Source: Octopus vulgaris (Eukaryota). Taken from it: DNA of 64,000 nucleotides. Under the pieces are notes generated by a model, which did not search any database, had not been told where the DNA came from, and saw only the letters and a program-made list of their open reading frames with translations. The DNA is taken from positions 6,014,001 to 6,078,000 of the forward strand of contig OX597826.1 in the NCBI GenBank assembly GCA_951406725.2, read 5' to 3'. Shown in pieces: positions 43,246 through 57,573 of the stretch (positions are counted from its first letter, which is position 1; every line of letters starts with the position of its first letter). The position numbers and the translations under genes are program-made.

Positions 43246-44999
43246 TACATACACACACTGACAGAAACACACACATACAGACACATTACACGCATACAGA
43301 TACATAATGAAGTCGATACGTTGAATGTAAGAAATATAAGCTACTCATCATTTTTATATCTGTTAGCGTGTCACTTGTTTTACGATATTAAACGACTGAT
43401 ACGATTGAAATTGTTGCCTATGAAGTTTCATTGGAAATTTCCATACACAGCAGCACGACGGCTTTGAAAGTACGCCATTTCTTGTTATCAGAGTTATATG
43501 AATCATGTCCTTAGCTTAAGGTACAAAGAAATATTGAGAATTTTTTCTTCAAAATATTAATTATGGAAATTGAAGGAATCTTTTGTATAATTAGAACCAT
43601 ATATTTCATAATGGCTGTGCATTTTGCTCCAGGGTCCAGGTGTTTTGGAAGAAAGAAATTGCATCTTTTGCTTCATTTAGGACAATTTTCGAGGTATGAA
43701 TCAACCGTTAAACCTGTTTGCAATGCAGTGTAATTTTGGTTTACATTTTTTTTTTACTCGTTGTTTATTTGTCTTTTTCCCCATTATTTCCGTAAATATA
43801 TTTACGGCTGAGAATGCAAACTCATTTTCTATGTAACATTTTAGAGTTTGTCTTGGAATTTTATACTGGTAAGGAATAGAACTAACAGAACGGTTCGAAA
43901 CGCAACCTAAATGAAATAGTAATCTGCATTTCGCTGTAACTTCCTGAGTTTAACATCTACCTAAGCAGATGTTCTTTATCGCTTTCATAGGATTGACACA
44001 ATAAATACGTGTATGGTACATATTACATCAATTTAATGGATTTGATTCATCTTCTATAACTATTTTCAATGTTTACATTCGATATTTTATGTAAATATAG
44101 AAATTTCCCAGCTTATTTTATACATAAATATTTATATCATGTGCACACAACTGTGAATAACATTGATATTGTGCTTATCCACAGGTGCGTGTTAGCACTG
44201 GTTTTGTGGGTCGATACTAAACGGAAAAGGATAACGTTGAAATGTAACATTATCTGTAGCAGTTCTTATTCAGATGCATTCTGATCTAAATTCGACTGTG
44301 AATATATTTAAAACGTCAGTTTAACAATATATAACACGCTTAAAAAATTATTAAAATTTACGATTGAATATTTTGGGTGGAAGAATTTATATAGCAAGTT
44401 TTTGAATTACTGACGACATATGGAAGTTTTTTTCCGTTCGACTTTTCCCATTTGCCGTAGTTTCAGGTTGTTATCTGTAGTGTAATTTCAAAGAAATACA
44501 CAATGTATTTAATATTTAACGCTAATATTAATTTTGAATTTCCCAAACATATTGGTTGGAGATATTCTAAATTTCCTCTCTTCGAACACAAACAGCAAGA
44601 TCCGGATGATTTATCAACATTGATTACTAAGATTATATGAAAATGTTTGAATACGCATGCGCTTACGTATATACATAATAGATATATATGACGAGTAGGA
44701 TATAGAGCCCTCTTAAAGTTGTTACGTGGATTGAAATATGACAAGCGTTGTAGAATAAATTAGACAACCGTCATGCAATTGCAGCTATTATATTAATTTT
44801 GATCCCTCTTTTAAATTAATTAGTCTTAATTGTACCTGACAATATACAATTCGACATCTCAAGTGTGATACACACAGGATATCGGACTACACTCTAAAAT
44901 CGCTTCCAGGGGAATAATACAGGTTGAATTAGTGCCTAAACTCCAGCGTCAAGAGCAGCAATGTAATATCAGTCAATACGTTTTTTCCATTATCATAAT

Positions 45000-45092
<93 letters not shown>

Positions 45093-45098
<6 letters not shown>

Positions 45099-45355
45099 AT
45101 AGGAAAGAATGGAGCTGAACGAAGATTTAACAAAATTCCTTTATTTTATTTTCGACATATGTTTCGAAGTCTGCAAAGTCCCTAATTCCGATTGAATAAG
45201 GAGTCCATTTTGCAGCTTTCTCTTCAGGAAAATCCAGGAACTTAATTCTCCAACAAATTAATTCTCCAAGCGTGCCCTTTCTGTTGTGAATTTTGCTACC
45301 CAGATATTGGTTATCTTTCGAATTATCCGTAATAAGATAATTCATTTATCTACTT

Positions 45356-45358
<3 letters not shown>
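45093..45358 (-). mobile_element. ~265-bp HHR-bearing element between (TA)n tracts
   Basis: Unique island flanked by (TA)n on both sides, containing a complete HHR. Confidence 0.75.
45148..45233 (-). ncRNA. type I hammerhead ribozyme, apparently intact
   Basis: Reverse complement: attttc CTGAAGA gaaagctgcaaaatggactccttattcaatcggaattagggactttgcagacttc GAAA c ATAT GTC gaaaat; 6-bp stem I, G10.1-C11.1 intact, palindromic loop; predicted cleavage between 45154 and 45153. Confidence 0.88.
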
Positions 45359-45391
<33 letters not shown>

Positions 45392-45438
45392 ATCTATCTA
45401 TCTATTTGCATGTATGTCTGTACACACACACACACACG

Positions 45439-45470
<32 letters not shown>

Positions 45471-45511
45471 CATATACATATATATATATATATATACATA
45501 TAGATAGGCAT

Positions 45512-45564
<53 letters not shown>

Positions 45565-46684
45565 TATATATATGTATATATATATACGAGGTAACTCAAA
45601 AATATCGCCCGATTCATGTTTTAGGTTTATATATATATGTCTCCTCTTTTTGGAGATATATTTGCCTCGTAATTCATTCTTTACGTGTTGGGATATCAAA
45701 GATTATAAACATTGTGATATATGATCCAGATTTAGTAACTCCAAAACCTTTCAGTAAAAACCTGAAAAGATAACAAATCAAAGAAATATATGACTTCCAA
45801 GGAATCTAAGCTCTACTTTTGACACACCTGTATATATAAAGAGTATGCTTATTCACAAATACATATGTAAGTTTATTCTGTATACATAAATTGAGAAAGA
45901 GCGGGAGAAAGAGAAAGGGAGTGAAGTATTATATTTTGTAGCTATTTAGTTGCTGAAGGTATTTACATGTATTCTGGCATCTATCAACTCATCGACAAGC
46001 GACAACACAATATTGCACATAACATTCACGTCACTTTAATATATTAACACAAGCGGGAAATACAAAGTTACTTAATTTACATAAACGAAAGAAAGTAGTT
46101 CATCTGTGAAACTTGATTATTCACATTATCATTTATTAATCAACAATATGATGGGGATGTTCTTATACACCGAGAAGTCCAGTTATAGATAAATTAATAG
46201 AGTTTTAAGTCTCAGTACCGTCTGAAAATCTGTTGGATAAAATTGTAGCAAAGACGCCATTTGAATTATTGTGGCAGACTCAGTGCTAAAAAACAAAAAC
46301 AAAAAAAAAACATTAGCCATGTGTGGTTCGAAAGAAAGAAGCACCTTGATAGGTGAATACTAGAAAATATGAGAATATATATATATATATATATCGTCCG
46401 AGATAACAGTTTGTGCTGGTCACTATGGGTCTTGGTTGAGGTGCTCATTTGTGGTCTAAGCAGAATCTCTACCTCGTCGCCGACCGATGCTTTCACATAA
46501 TTTCACAGTTCACAATGAGAATATCGTGTTATCCCGAATCAATGAGGAATTAATTAGTGACAAAGGAGGATAGATGGATTATGTGATAACAAATATATCT
46601 CTCATTAGCAAGGATCCTTCGAATTTCATAGGTTTGCTTCATTTAAGTCTTTCGTATGTTTCTTGCTGCTTGTGATATCCGTTT

Positions 46685-47435
46685 CCAATTTTGGTACTAA
46701 ACCGGTATTTTCGGGAAAGGGGCTAAGTCAGTGGCGTTGACTCCAGTGCTCTGCTGGTACCTATTTTAAGGATGAAAGGCAAAGTCGACCTCGGCGGTAT
46801 TTTGAACACGGAACATGCAGTCTGACGAAATGCTGCTAAGCATTTTGCTCCACGTCTTACCAATTCTGCCAGCTTTCTGTCTTCTTACCGCTTGTAATAT
46901 TACCTGTGTAAGGCAGTAACGTGGCAGAAAAGTTAGCGCGCCAGGCGAAATGCTTAACGGGATTTCGTCTGTCTTTACTTTCTGAGTTCAAAATCCGCCG
47001 AGGCCGACTTTGCGTTTTATCATTTCGTGGTCGGTAAATTGCGTACTGGAGTCGATTTAATCAACTGGACTGTCCCCACCCCAACAACAAAAATTTTAGG
47101 TCCCGTGTACGCAACTGGCACTTAATTTATTGACCCCGAAAGGATAAAAAGCAAAGGCGACCTCGGCGGAATTTGAACTCAGAACGGAAACACAGGCGAA
47201 ATACCTATTTCTTAACTACCCACAAAGGGGCTAAACACAGAGAGGACAAACAAGGACAGACAAACGAATTAAGTCGATTATATCGACCCCAGTGCGTAAC
47301 TGGTACTTATTTAATCGACCTCGAAAGGATGAAAGGAAAAGTCGACCTCGGCGGGATTTGAACTCAGAACGTAGCGGCAGACGAAATACCGCCAAGCAGT
47401 TCGCTCGGCGTGCTAAAGTTTCTGCCAGCTCGCCG
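46685..47435. mobile_element. cluster of four SINE family C copies in alternating orientation
   Basis: Minus 46685-46875, plus 46910-47105, minus 47108-47200, minus 47203-47435; shared gagttcaaa.ccgccgagg.cgacttt. Confidence 0.88.
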
Positions 47436-47587
47436 CATTACATCTTAGATAATATTGCCATAAAAATGTGAATATAGTGCGTTCTGGCTTTGGTTCTCAT
47501 AAGTGGTACTGGGTTATCAGCATGGATAAGGCTGTGGTCTATATGGCCATCTTCTGTCTGTCTCATATCATGTTACTCTATATTTAA

Positions 47588-47649
47588 ATGCCTGACGAGT
47601 GAGGTTCGTTTTATGAGCCTAGGAAACTTTGTGTTGCAGGAAAGTGCAT
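47588..47649 (+). ncRNA. decayed hammerhead-like motif
   Basis: atgc CTGACGA gtg aggttcgt ttt atgagcct ag GAAA cttt...aaag T gcat; H17 missing and 10.1-11.1 mismatched. Confidence 0.35.
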
Positions 47650-47848
47650 CAACCTGCTAGTAAATGATATATATATATATGTGTATGTGTGTGTGTGTAC
47701 TTGTTTATGTGTGTTTGTGTGTGTATGTGTGTGTATGTATATAGATATGTGTGTAGTTCCTTCTTTGTATGCGTGTGTATAAGTATCTGTACACACACAT
47801 GCACCCTCCCACACACACACGCACATACATATATATATGTTGCATACA

Positions 47849-48239
47849 TCTTTATATATAAAAGTGAGGTTGTGTGCTGTCTGTCTCCTACGATTTAGAT
47901 TCCTAACTACTCCCACATTTTGCGGTGCAGTTTAACCAAAACCGGGTATCTTATAGTCGTGATTCATATCGAGCCCTTCTGGGTATTAGCGCGTCTACGA
48001 TGAGTCTACGATTTAAAAACAAATTTACCATCAATTTTTCCCATTTTTAATGCATTTTTGGCATATATAAGGAAGTAACTCTCTAAAAATGTATTATTAA
48101 ATCTCAGAAAGTAAAAAGCTACAGTAACCCCCCCTTTGTGGTTAGCCATATTGAGATGGCTATTATACTTTACATCTCTAAAAATGCTTATATAGTTATT
48201 TCCCTTACAAACCCGAGCAACGTCGGGCGATACTGATAG
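47849..48239 (+). mobile_element. non-autonomous Helitron-like element
   Basis: A|TCTTTATATATAAAA start, subterminal hairpin cccgagcaacgtcggg, degenerate (C)TAG|T end, no TSD. Confidence 0.75.
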
Positions 48240-49611
48240 TATATATATATAAATAGACATAATGCACCTGTGCTTGAGTTATTTTTATAACGAATACATA
48301 TACAGGTAGATGTAAAACGATATCTTATATTTTTTCAGTTTGATTATCTGTGTTGTTGATTTATAAGAAAATATGAATGTATACACGTAGAAAATGGTTG
48401 ATGAATACTGTTTCAAAAAACAATAAGGAAAGAAATATACATAAAAAAAAACTGCGAGAAAACTGAAATACAATGAAGCATAATCTGAATGTTTGGTAAG
48501 GAGCTTTTTAAATCTACTTTATATCACTGTAAACTGACAATATTAATTCGTTATTAATATGAGATTTGAGAAAATAAATATTTATACAATAAATAGTTTT
48601 TAAAAAAATACGTATATGAAAATATATAGTGAAGATAAGAAAACAACAATAAGAACAACATAGAAAACATAATAAAATAATATAGTCATTATCTTTTAGA
48701 AAGCAAGTAATTACAAACCTTGAAATAAGAGAAAATGATAAAAAAAATAAACAATTAAAATAGTAGTAAAATTGAAATAATATAAAACCACATTGAAATA
48801 AGAATATTTAATAAAATCATAAAAATTAAAGAAAAGTATACGTAAAAAAGTAAAAATAAATAATGAAATGAAGGATATAAATGACAAAATCATTTCCTCG
48901 GCAACAGTAATTGCGTTGTCATAAACAGATAAAATTTCAAACTCCCCTATCAGCTAATTTGCATATTTTAGCCCTGTCATATCTGAGTAGAAGATTAAAA
49001 TACGTATTAGACATGATTGTAAATGATGGGGGTTTATTCTCTTACTTTCAGTGAAAGTGAAGGGGGGTGGAGGAGGAAACAGAAGGAAATTGATGCCGCC
49101 GCAAATATCATCATTTCTATGACAGTTAAAAATGTTTTGATGATAGGAATAGATGAATATTCAAAGGAGTTTGACCTCACATGCTGTGAGTATGTTTACT
49201 GTAGTAAACGAAGCAAGAGGAAGATGTAAGAAGATGTAAGAGCAACAAAAGTAAAAAAGAAAAAAATTCCAAGTGAAATAATAAAAAGAAAGAATGAAAG
49301 AAAGAAATGAAGAATTTCAATACTGTTTAAAACATCGCTTGATGAAGACACGAGCAAAACGTGAAGAAAATTTGGAAATAATTATATAAGGGTGCCTCAA
49401 AATACTTGTTACCCGATTCAAATGATTCCTATGATTTCAATATATAAGACGTATGGAATTATGTATGCATGTATATACATATATATATATATTTATGTTT
49501 ATATATAATTATACATGTGTGCATGCGCATACGCATGTATGTCAATGCAATTGGCTGTATATATATATATATGTGTGTGTGTGGGTGGGTGTTTGCATAT
49601 ATGGATATTTG

Positions 49612-49643
<32 letters not shown>

Positions 49644-49705
49644 CATACACACACGCACATATATATATATTTATATGTGTATGTATATATATATATATAT
49701 ATATG

Positions 49706-49742
<37 letters not shown>

Positions 49743-51170
49743 TGAGAGGAAGACAGACAAATAGACAGGTAAGTAGATAGATAGATAGATAGAGAAATAA
49801 ATAAATGCATATATTTATTAAAGATAATGTGTGTGTGAGCGTGTGCGTGTGAATAAAGGTATTGTAGTCTTTTAAAATTGAGCCTTATAGTTTATCATAT
49901 CCACACATATCAAGCAATATACCTACGCATATGGTATCAATAGACGAATTACATATACTATATGTATATGGCTGTGCAAGTAAGCACGAAAATGCATTAA
50001 AGCAATTCAAATGAGTCACATCTACAAACTGTCCAAAACAAATACACACCTGTTCGCGTTTTTGTATATAATGCATATATATGTATGTATTTATGCATCT
50101 ATATATGAATACATGCATGTATGTATATATGTAAATATGTAAGCATACATGTACGTATGGATGGATGTATGATTGGATGTATGTATGAATAAATGTACGA
50201 ATATACGTATGGATGTACGTATGTACGATTGCCTGCATGTGTGTATGCATGCATTGTTGATGTATGTATTTACATATGTTAATCCGCATGTATAAGACTA
50301 TAATTATATTCATACCTCTGTATGCTTACGCGTATGAATGTTTTAAATTTTATTTATGACTAAATTATAACCTTTCAAGCAAAATCCACTTTTGCAGCTT
50401 CCTAATTACCTATATACAGATCTATATATTTATGTACAATTCTAGTTGTGTATATTTCTTTATTTACGCGTGTGCATGTTATTATGAAGCAGCGTGTATT
50501 TTTAAGTGAATGTACTTTGTATTTCTAGAAGTAAACATTTTACTCTAATATTCCCCTGGCCTTCACATGTATTCTCTCTGTGTATCGTTATGCACAGACT
50601 ATGCAGAAAATGCTCTATTTATTGTTTGTATCGTAGTTTCTTACTACTTTAATAAAAATAGATCCCTATTAATTCGTTATGATTAATTTATTCTTTTAGT
50701 CACGTTTTTGTTGTGTGATTTGTTTAAATGATACGTATTCCAGTATGTGAGCCGCAGAACATTCTTCTCATTGCATTATATTGGAAATTACTGAGTATAA
50801 AGCATCAACATTCATTACCATATTCCGTATATAGATTCACCATGACACAGTACATAAGATGACTTGTCCTTTGAGTTGCAGGTACAACTCATCCGGAGTT
50901 CACATCTAATCAATTTTACTCAAAAGATTTGGGTTCTCCCAATTGTATTTATGGAAAGAAGTGACCAAAAAATCACGGCGTATGATCGAACGAAGAACCT
51001 CCTAATTTACAAGCGCACTTCTTATCCAGTTATCTATGCTTGGTTTAAATTCAAACGTTTTCCTGTTGAACATTCTGCATGTAGAATATTTAAATATCAC
51101 TACTTTCGGTCAGAATTGACAAAGAATGTGTTTGACAGGATCAAGCAAACTAATTTCGTCGCACCATTAA

Positions 51171-51384
51171 CCCTTTAGCATTCGGATTACTCTGTCGAAT
51201 GTAATGCTTATTTATTTATATTGCTCTGAATTGATTACCTATTATCTAGTAGCATCAAGTTATCGATATAATTGCTTATTTTTGTAATGACATTGTCGGA
51301 TAGAGAGAGGCCAGATGTGGCCGCTTTGAACATACAACCGATAGAGTATTTAGGCCGGATATGGCCTATTTAAATGCTAAATGG
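51171..51384. mobile_element. piggyBac-type MITE
   Basis: TTAA|ccctttagcatt ... aatgctaaatgg|TTAG. Confidence 0.75.
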
Positions 51385-52199
51385 TTAGAATATGAGGTGT
51401 GTGTATGAACGTGAAGCCTTGTTAATAAATTATTTAGAAATTATAATCCTAGCTTATTATATTAAATATATTAGCGATAGTTCTCCGTAATTAAATTATT
51501 CCCATATGCAAGTGATCCAGCGGAGAATACCGAAGCAATATCTACTCTAATATGAACTGACTATTGTTGCAGACACATAGAATAGTATTTTCATACGTTA
51601 AATTTATTGATCTTCAGCATAATCCTATCAAATTGTAAAGAACAGCAGTGACATACACAAGCATCATCAGAGCCCCTGAAAAGAAACAGTGTACAAAACA
51701 GAATACAAATGTTGTGCAGAACCTAACTCATTTCTCTCATTCAGATATAGTTCTCAAATAAGCCTCTAGTTTCATCACTTAATAAAAATGTTCGAGAAGG
51801 GCAATTTTTTAATTCCGCTGAAAGTTTAAACATAGGTTATGTTTATGTGCTCAAATGAATAAGAACTTTCAAGGAAATTGAAGCTGTTTAGAATACAGCT
51901 ATAAATGAAATTTTAGATTTTAATATCAAACTTACTAACGCTACAGCATTACATGACATTGCTCCAGTTTTAGCTAAATTAAACACGGTTACAAGAATTT
52001 ACTTTTCACTCATATTTTTTGTCTTTCGTTCTAAATAAAATTGTTGTAAAAGGATCCGAACATCTTTCGGCATATCAAGTATTACCGATTCACTAACAGC
52101 TGATGAATTGCAATATCGTTTTCCGAAAGTGACTTGAAATAGTCCATGTCTTTAAGCATCTCTTTGTAAAGGTATACACGTATGCTAAACCTTCGCTTC

Positions 52200-52390
52200 G
52201 TAGCACACTGGGCGAAATTATTAGCGGAATTTCGTCTTTACGTTTTGAGTTCAAACTCCACTGAGGTCGACTTTGCCTTTCATCCTTTCGAGGTCGATAA
52301 ATCAAGTAGCAGTTATTTACTGGGGTCGATGTAATCGATTGTCTCCCTCCCCCCAAATTTCGTCCCTTGTGCCTGGAGTAGAAAAGAATA
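52200..52390 (+). mobile_element. SINE family C
   Basis: gggcgaaatt.ttagcgg...gaggtcgactttgcctttcatcctttcg...gtagaaaagaat. Confidence 0.85.
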
Positions 52391-52572
52391 TCATTTTTAG
52401 AATGTGACTTGAAACAGTCCATATCTTTAAGCTAAATTGCGCCTCGTAAGTTTAATGTTATATATAGCTTACAAATTTAAATACACATTGTATTTACATT
52501 CGCTATTACATATTAAGTGTTGACGCTTCTCGTATAACTACTACACACATATGTATATATTATATAACATTA

Positions 52573-52813
52573 TCTCAGACCGGGCGATGTGTGTGTTTAT
52601 GAGAGAAAACACCTAAGCTCCACGCGGCTCCGGCAGCAGGTAATGGCGAACTTCTGCTGACTCTTTCGCCACAACTTTCTCTCACTCTTCCCTCCTGCAT
52701 CTTGCAGCTCACCTGCGACGGACCGGCGTCCCGTCCAGGTGGGTAACCTATATGTCAAGGAAACCGGGGAAACCGGCCCTTATGAGCCAGGCATGGTTCG
52801 GGAAGGAACAAAC
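52573..52813 (+). mobile_element. 5'-truncated SINE family B
   Basis: Nearly colinear with 24680-24920. Confidence 0.88.
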
Positions 52814-54130
52814 ATATAACATTATGCTTTGTGTAGTTGAGTCGACTTTACAAGTCAAGTAGAGGTTTACAGGCATGGAAAATCTCAGTTACACTAGAGT
52901 GTTCCAGTAGCTTCGAAATATGTTATTTTGCCGAAATATGACGCAGGTTCTCTTTCATTTTAGTAATTTTAAAGTTTCTAAATAAGGATCTCTTAAATCA
53001 ACAAATAAACTAACTAAATTCTCCGTCTCTAAAATCCCTAAGACCTCTAAGATGATGTGATATTGGAGATCCGGCGCAAATGACAGACGATTCTTGTCTG
53101 CTATGGACTATGTGTGTGCTTTTATGTATCAAAGGCTGTATGAAAGGATTTTTCATGGTTAATGACGCGGTTTTCGGAGTTCTAACAAGTCTTCCATGTT
53201 AATTTGGATATAAAGATGACCTTTTATAAGTTCGTAATAAATATTTAGAAATATTTAGCAGTGGGATATATATTCAGCTGTCGAGAAATAAATTTTTCAT
53301 GTGACAAATTCTTGTTGATGTATGTCAATTCATGTACATTTATTATCCTGCTGCGCATTATGGATGTAAAAGTAGCATACCTGTATACATACACACATTT
53401 ATGAATGTGTACTACCATATATATATATATATATATATGAGTATGTCTGTGCATTCTACTTATACACTTTCACTTACACATACACAAGCAAAACTTACAC
53501 GCACACACACACACTTTTGGATATGGTGTAGCATACTCTAATCAAATTTATATTTCATTTTCTATGGTAAACAAAACACAACGTAGGAGAACATAGGCAA
53601 GCACAAACACACACACGATCAAATACACATGCGCAAACACAAGGAGACATACACATGAACCAGGCTTACATATCTAATTAATCTACTCTTAAATAAGTTA
53701 TAGTATACTACATTTTTTTCTTTATTTTCCGAGGAAAAAAACACTAGCATTATCCTTGGTGAACATCAAAGCAAACTCAGACATCCGGAAAGCCTGACCT
53801 TATTATATAAAATCTAGCTTCTTATTTGGAGCAGCTAATATCAGGAGCAGTAGCATTGACCTTTTCTTTGATATTTTCAACTGTTCTAAATATCTTCTTT
53901 TTTAAATAAAAATTGTTTTGTGGCCCAGATATTACATGTATGTATTTTTATTATCCATCACGTCAGAGAAGTAAAAGTAAGTGTAAAAAAGTGTAAGAAA
54001 AAAGTAAGTGTAAAAAAAATTTCAACACAAGAACGAACTAAGCTATCTTATTCCTTTTTGTATGTAGTTGCGATAAATATAACAATTGAGACTTTACAGA
54101 CATACACTCACACATACACACACAATCATA

Positions 54131-54192
<62 letters not shown>

Positions 54193-54223
54193 TCATATAC
54201 GTAGGTATATGAATATATATTTA

Positions 54224-54266
<43 letters not shown>

Positions 54267-54272
54267 CTTATA

Positions 54273-54313
<41 letters not shown>

Positions 54314-55035
54314 ATGTATTTATAGTAGGAGTGTATATGTTGCGTATATATGTATTAATATAATCATAAATGTCATGGCACACGCTTCGCTTGACCGACA
54401 GCTTTGTTCAATTCTAAGGGTCATTTAATAAGCTCCGTCTCTCACATATACAAACATCAAAGAGACCCAATGAGACATATATCTAAAAACTTACTCATAC
54501 AAGCGGAACATTTCTTAAAGACTTTACAAACGTCGTTCAGATTTATGTTCAATTTCTGTACTGGTTGTTCGTAGGAGTTTTGATGGTAATTCTCTGGTGA
54601 CAAACACAAAAATATATAAATTGAACGGAAATTCCTTATATGTACATTAAAGATGAAACAGTAGATTGATTAAACATTAAATAAACTTGTAAAACATATA
54701 CACAATTGTTTAAGAGTGTATATATATATATATATATATGTGTGTGTATACGTATATGTTATATACATATATAAATGTATGTATGTGTATAGTGTGTGTA
54801 TTTGCCGTTTTTTTTTATCTGTACGTCTGTGTGCGTATCTGTTTTGTAGGCCATGTATATCAGCAAATATCTTTCTATACTGTGTATCTGAGTATTAAAT
54901 AAAAGACGAAATACTTAACAGCCTGTATGTATTTGCGTTTCTTCTACATGGCTGTTCAAAAATAGATGTTTCTCCACCCATCTCTTTTTCTATCTCAGTA
55001 CATTAAAAACTGGTAAATACACACACACATACAAT

Positions 55036-55085
<50 letters not shown>

Positions 55086-55190
55086 ATGTGTGTGTGTATG
55101 TGTGTGTGTATGAGTGTGTGTGTGTATGTATATATGTATGTATGGATATATATATATATATATATGATATTTTATGGTGAAGACACTGTA

Positions 55191-55760
55191 CTGTAAGCTT
55201 TTTTTACCACAACGATCGTTTCGACGTACATCTGCACTGGTTCCTTGTGGATGGGGAAAGATGGAATGGAATCAAATACACTGCACAGCGCAGAAATGAC
55301 TCCATCAAGGCACAGAATACGTTACAGTGCTCTTATATATAATATGAACATTTCGCTACTGTGTAGCAGGATGCTGTTGGCACGATGCGTGCGTTTATAT
55401 TAGTTCGCAAATCTATTAATGAGGAAGGCGGTTTGGCATATTTTCAAGGAGTGGTGATTAAAGAATACAAAGAAACAACATTTTTTATTCTTTTGTTTAC
55501 ACCTTTCTACCTACTGATTCACGAATCCGCACCAAAGACTTTGCCTCCTTATTTTATCTTCGAACTACTATAAACACACGCATCATAACAGCACCATCCT
55601 GACACAGAGTAGCGAAATGTACATATTATGATATTAACGAATTATGTAACCTGTTGAAGTTTCGTCTGCACTGTGGGGTGCAATCGATTCCATTATATCT
55701 TTGCCTACTCACAAGTGCCGATGTAAGCCGAAACGATCGTCGTGATAAATAAGCTTACAG
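55191..55760. mobile_element. old inverted pLTR pair with decayed HHRs
   Basis: 55191-55315 is inverted relative to 55645-55760; plus copy tgtaac CTGTTGA ag...cc GAAA c GATC GTC gtgata. Confidence 0.6.
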
Positions 55761-55829
55761 CACACTCTGCCTTCCTTCTCAACTACATACTGTTCACGGG
55801 ATTATCTCTCTGAAATCTGCACCAACAGC

Positions 55830-56200
55830 ATATCTGCCAACTTTGTGCCAAAACTGCTTTGAGCTGACGGGAAACACACTCGAGTTTGAGTTCCACATGT
55901 TCTTGACTGACTCAAACGATTAAAATTTTTGAAAACTATGCTTAGACCTCTGAGCAGCCATCACCAAGATTAATTCAAATTCTCTTTTCAACTGCCTCTG
56001 CCATGGTCAATGCGACGATCACACGCTACACACGTTCCTTCCAAGAGCTGCTGTAAATAGCGGAAGTGAGCTGGAGCGTTAACGCTTACTGCGCCTGTAC
56101 AGCAGCGTTCAAAATAAATATGTGCCAAGCAGCTTCACTCTGCGGGTTGTAGCGTCATTACTATGGCAACAGTCCTGATACTTATTGATCAGACTACATA
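55830..56200 (-). mobile_element. mariner 5' end (TIR, UTR and start of transposase)
   Basis: Homologous to 5480-5685 (cgatcacacgctacacac...ttactatg.ca.cagtcc.gata). Confidence 0.75.
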
Positions 56201-56273
56201 TATACGTGCATCTATGGATTATAAGTATAATATAATATATACATACAAACATACATACATACATATATACATT

Positions 56274-56310
<37 letters not shown>

Positions 56311-56338
56311 GTATATTTATATATGTATATATGTATAT

Positions 56339-56372
<34 letters not shown>

Positions 56373-56387
56373 ATATATACATGTATG

Positions 56388-56470
<83 letters not shown>

Positions 56471-56922
56471 CTTTGTATATTTGATTTATATTGCAATATC
56501 CTACTGTAGATTAAGAGCGAATATAAACATATTCCATATCTGGTTTTGGTGTGTGGAAAGGATTTCCTGACAGGAATTTTCACGGTTTGTTAACCTTTCC
56601 ACTGAGTACATTAATCAGCTTACTTCATTAATGAACTGGAGAGTTCCGCCGCTTATTAACAGCTGCAAATCAGAACAATGCATGAGGGAATAACATGTCT
56701 TATCTATTTGCATTGCTATATTTTGTAACTGTTAAATTTTACGAATGTGTGTGTTTGTGTGTATGTACATTCTATGTGGGTGGGTGTGCATGTAATATAT
56801 GGATATGCGTGAGTGTAAGTGCGTGTACATATCTGTTTGTGTATATAAACATGTGTGTGTATGTGAGTGTGTGTGTCTGTAAATGTGTACGTGTCTATGT
56901 TTAATTTGTAACTAATTTTGTC

Positions 56923-56963
<41 letters not shown>

Positions 56964-57049
56964 TAATATATACATGCATATATATATATACATATATACG
57001 TATAGGTACATACTTACATCAATACGTATATAGGTATATATATATATGC

Positions 57050-57117
<68 letters not shown>

Positions 57118-57562
57118 ATGCATATGTGGGCACAGGACGTCATGAAACGTGTACATCAAAAAAGTACTAAGCACGAGTACATGGAACATGAAATATTGTT
57201 TCGAACAACGAAAGACACAAATGGAAAACAAAACAAACAACATAAAGAACGACCCTTCATCAGTTGTTAGCTGTTTTTCTCGTCTCTTATTTCGAGCATT
57301 TAACAACAATATACGCTTTCCGTTAAACAGTTACTATCGAAAATCAATTAAATAAAATTGCGATTTTGCGGAGGGTCGAAATAATTAACAACAACAGGAC
57401 AGTGAAAACAAATAGAAAGGGCTGCTAAGCCTAAATTAGGTTGTGGTGCCGAACTCGTAAATCAAGCTAGGACAGGAGACAAACAAAAATCGTATGACCT
57501 CTCTGAGAACCACCTCTCATTCTTTTCAGAGGTACGGTAACGTGTCGAATCTTTCTGCCGCA
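57118..57562 (-). mobile_element. pLTR-like element next to (TA)n, homologous to 35650-35815
   Basis: Shared tgtgggcacagg.cgtca.gaaac...gaacgacc.ttcat.agttgtt; minus strand contains CTGATGA. Confidence 0.5.
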
Positions 57563-57573
57563 TATATAGACTT

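Noticed and set aside
52099-52140. CTGATGA...GAAA hammerhead candidate
   Set aside because: No stem I or stem II pairing
54391-54422. tgacc...gtc ggtca hammerhead-shaped remnant (minus strand)
   Set aside because: Stem I pairs but neither core box is intact
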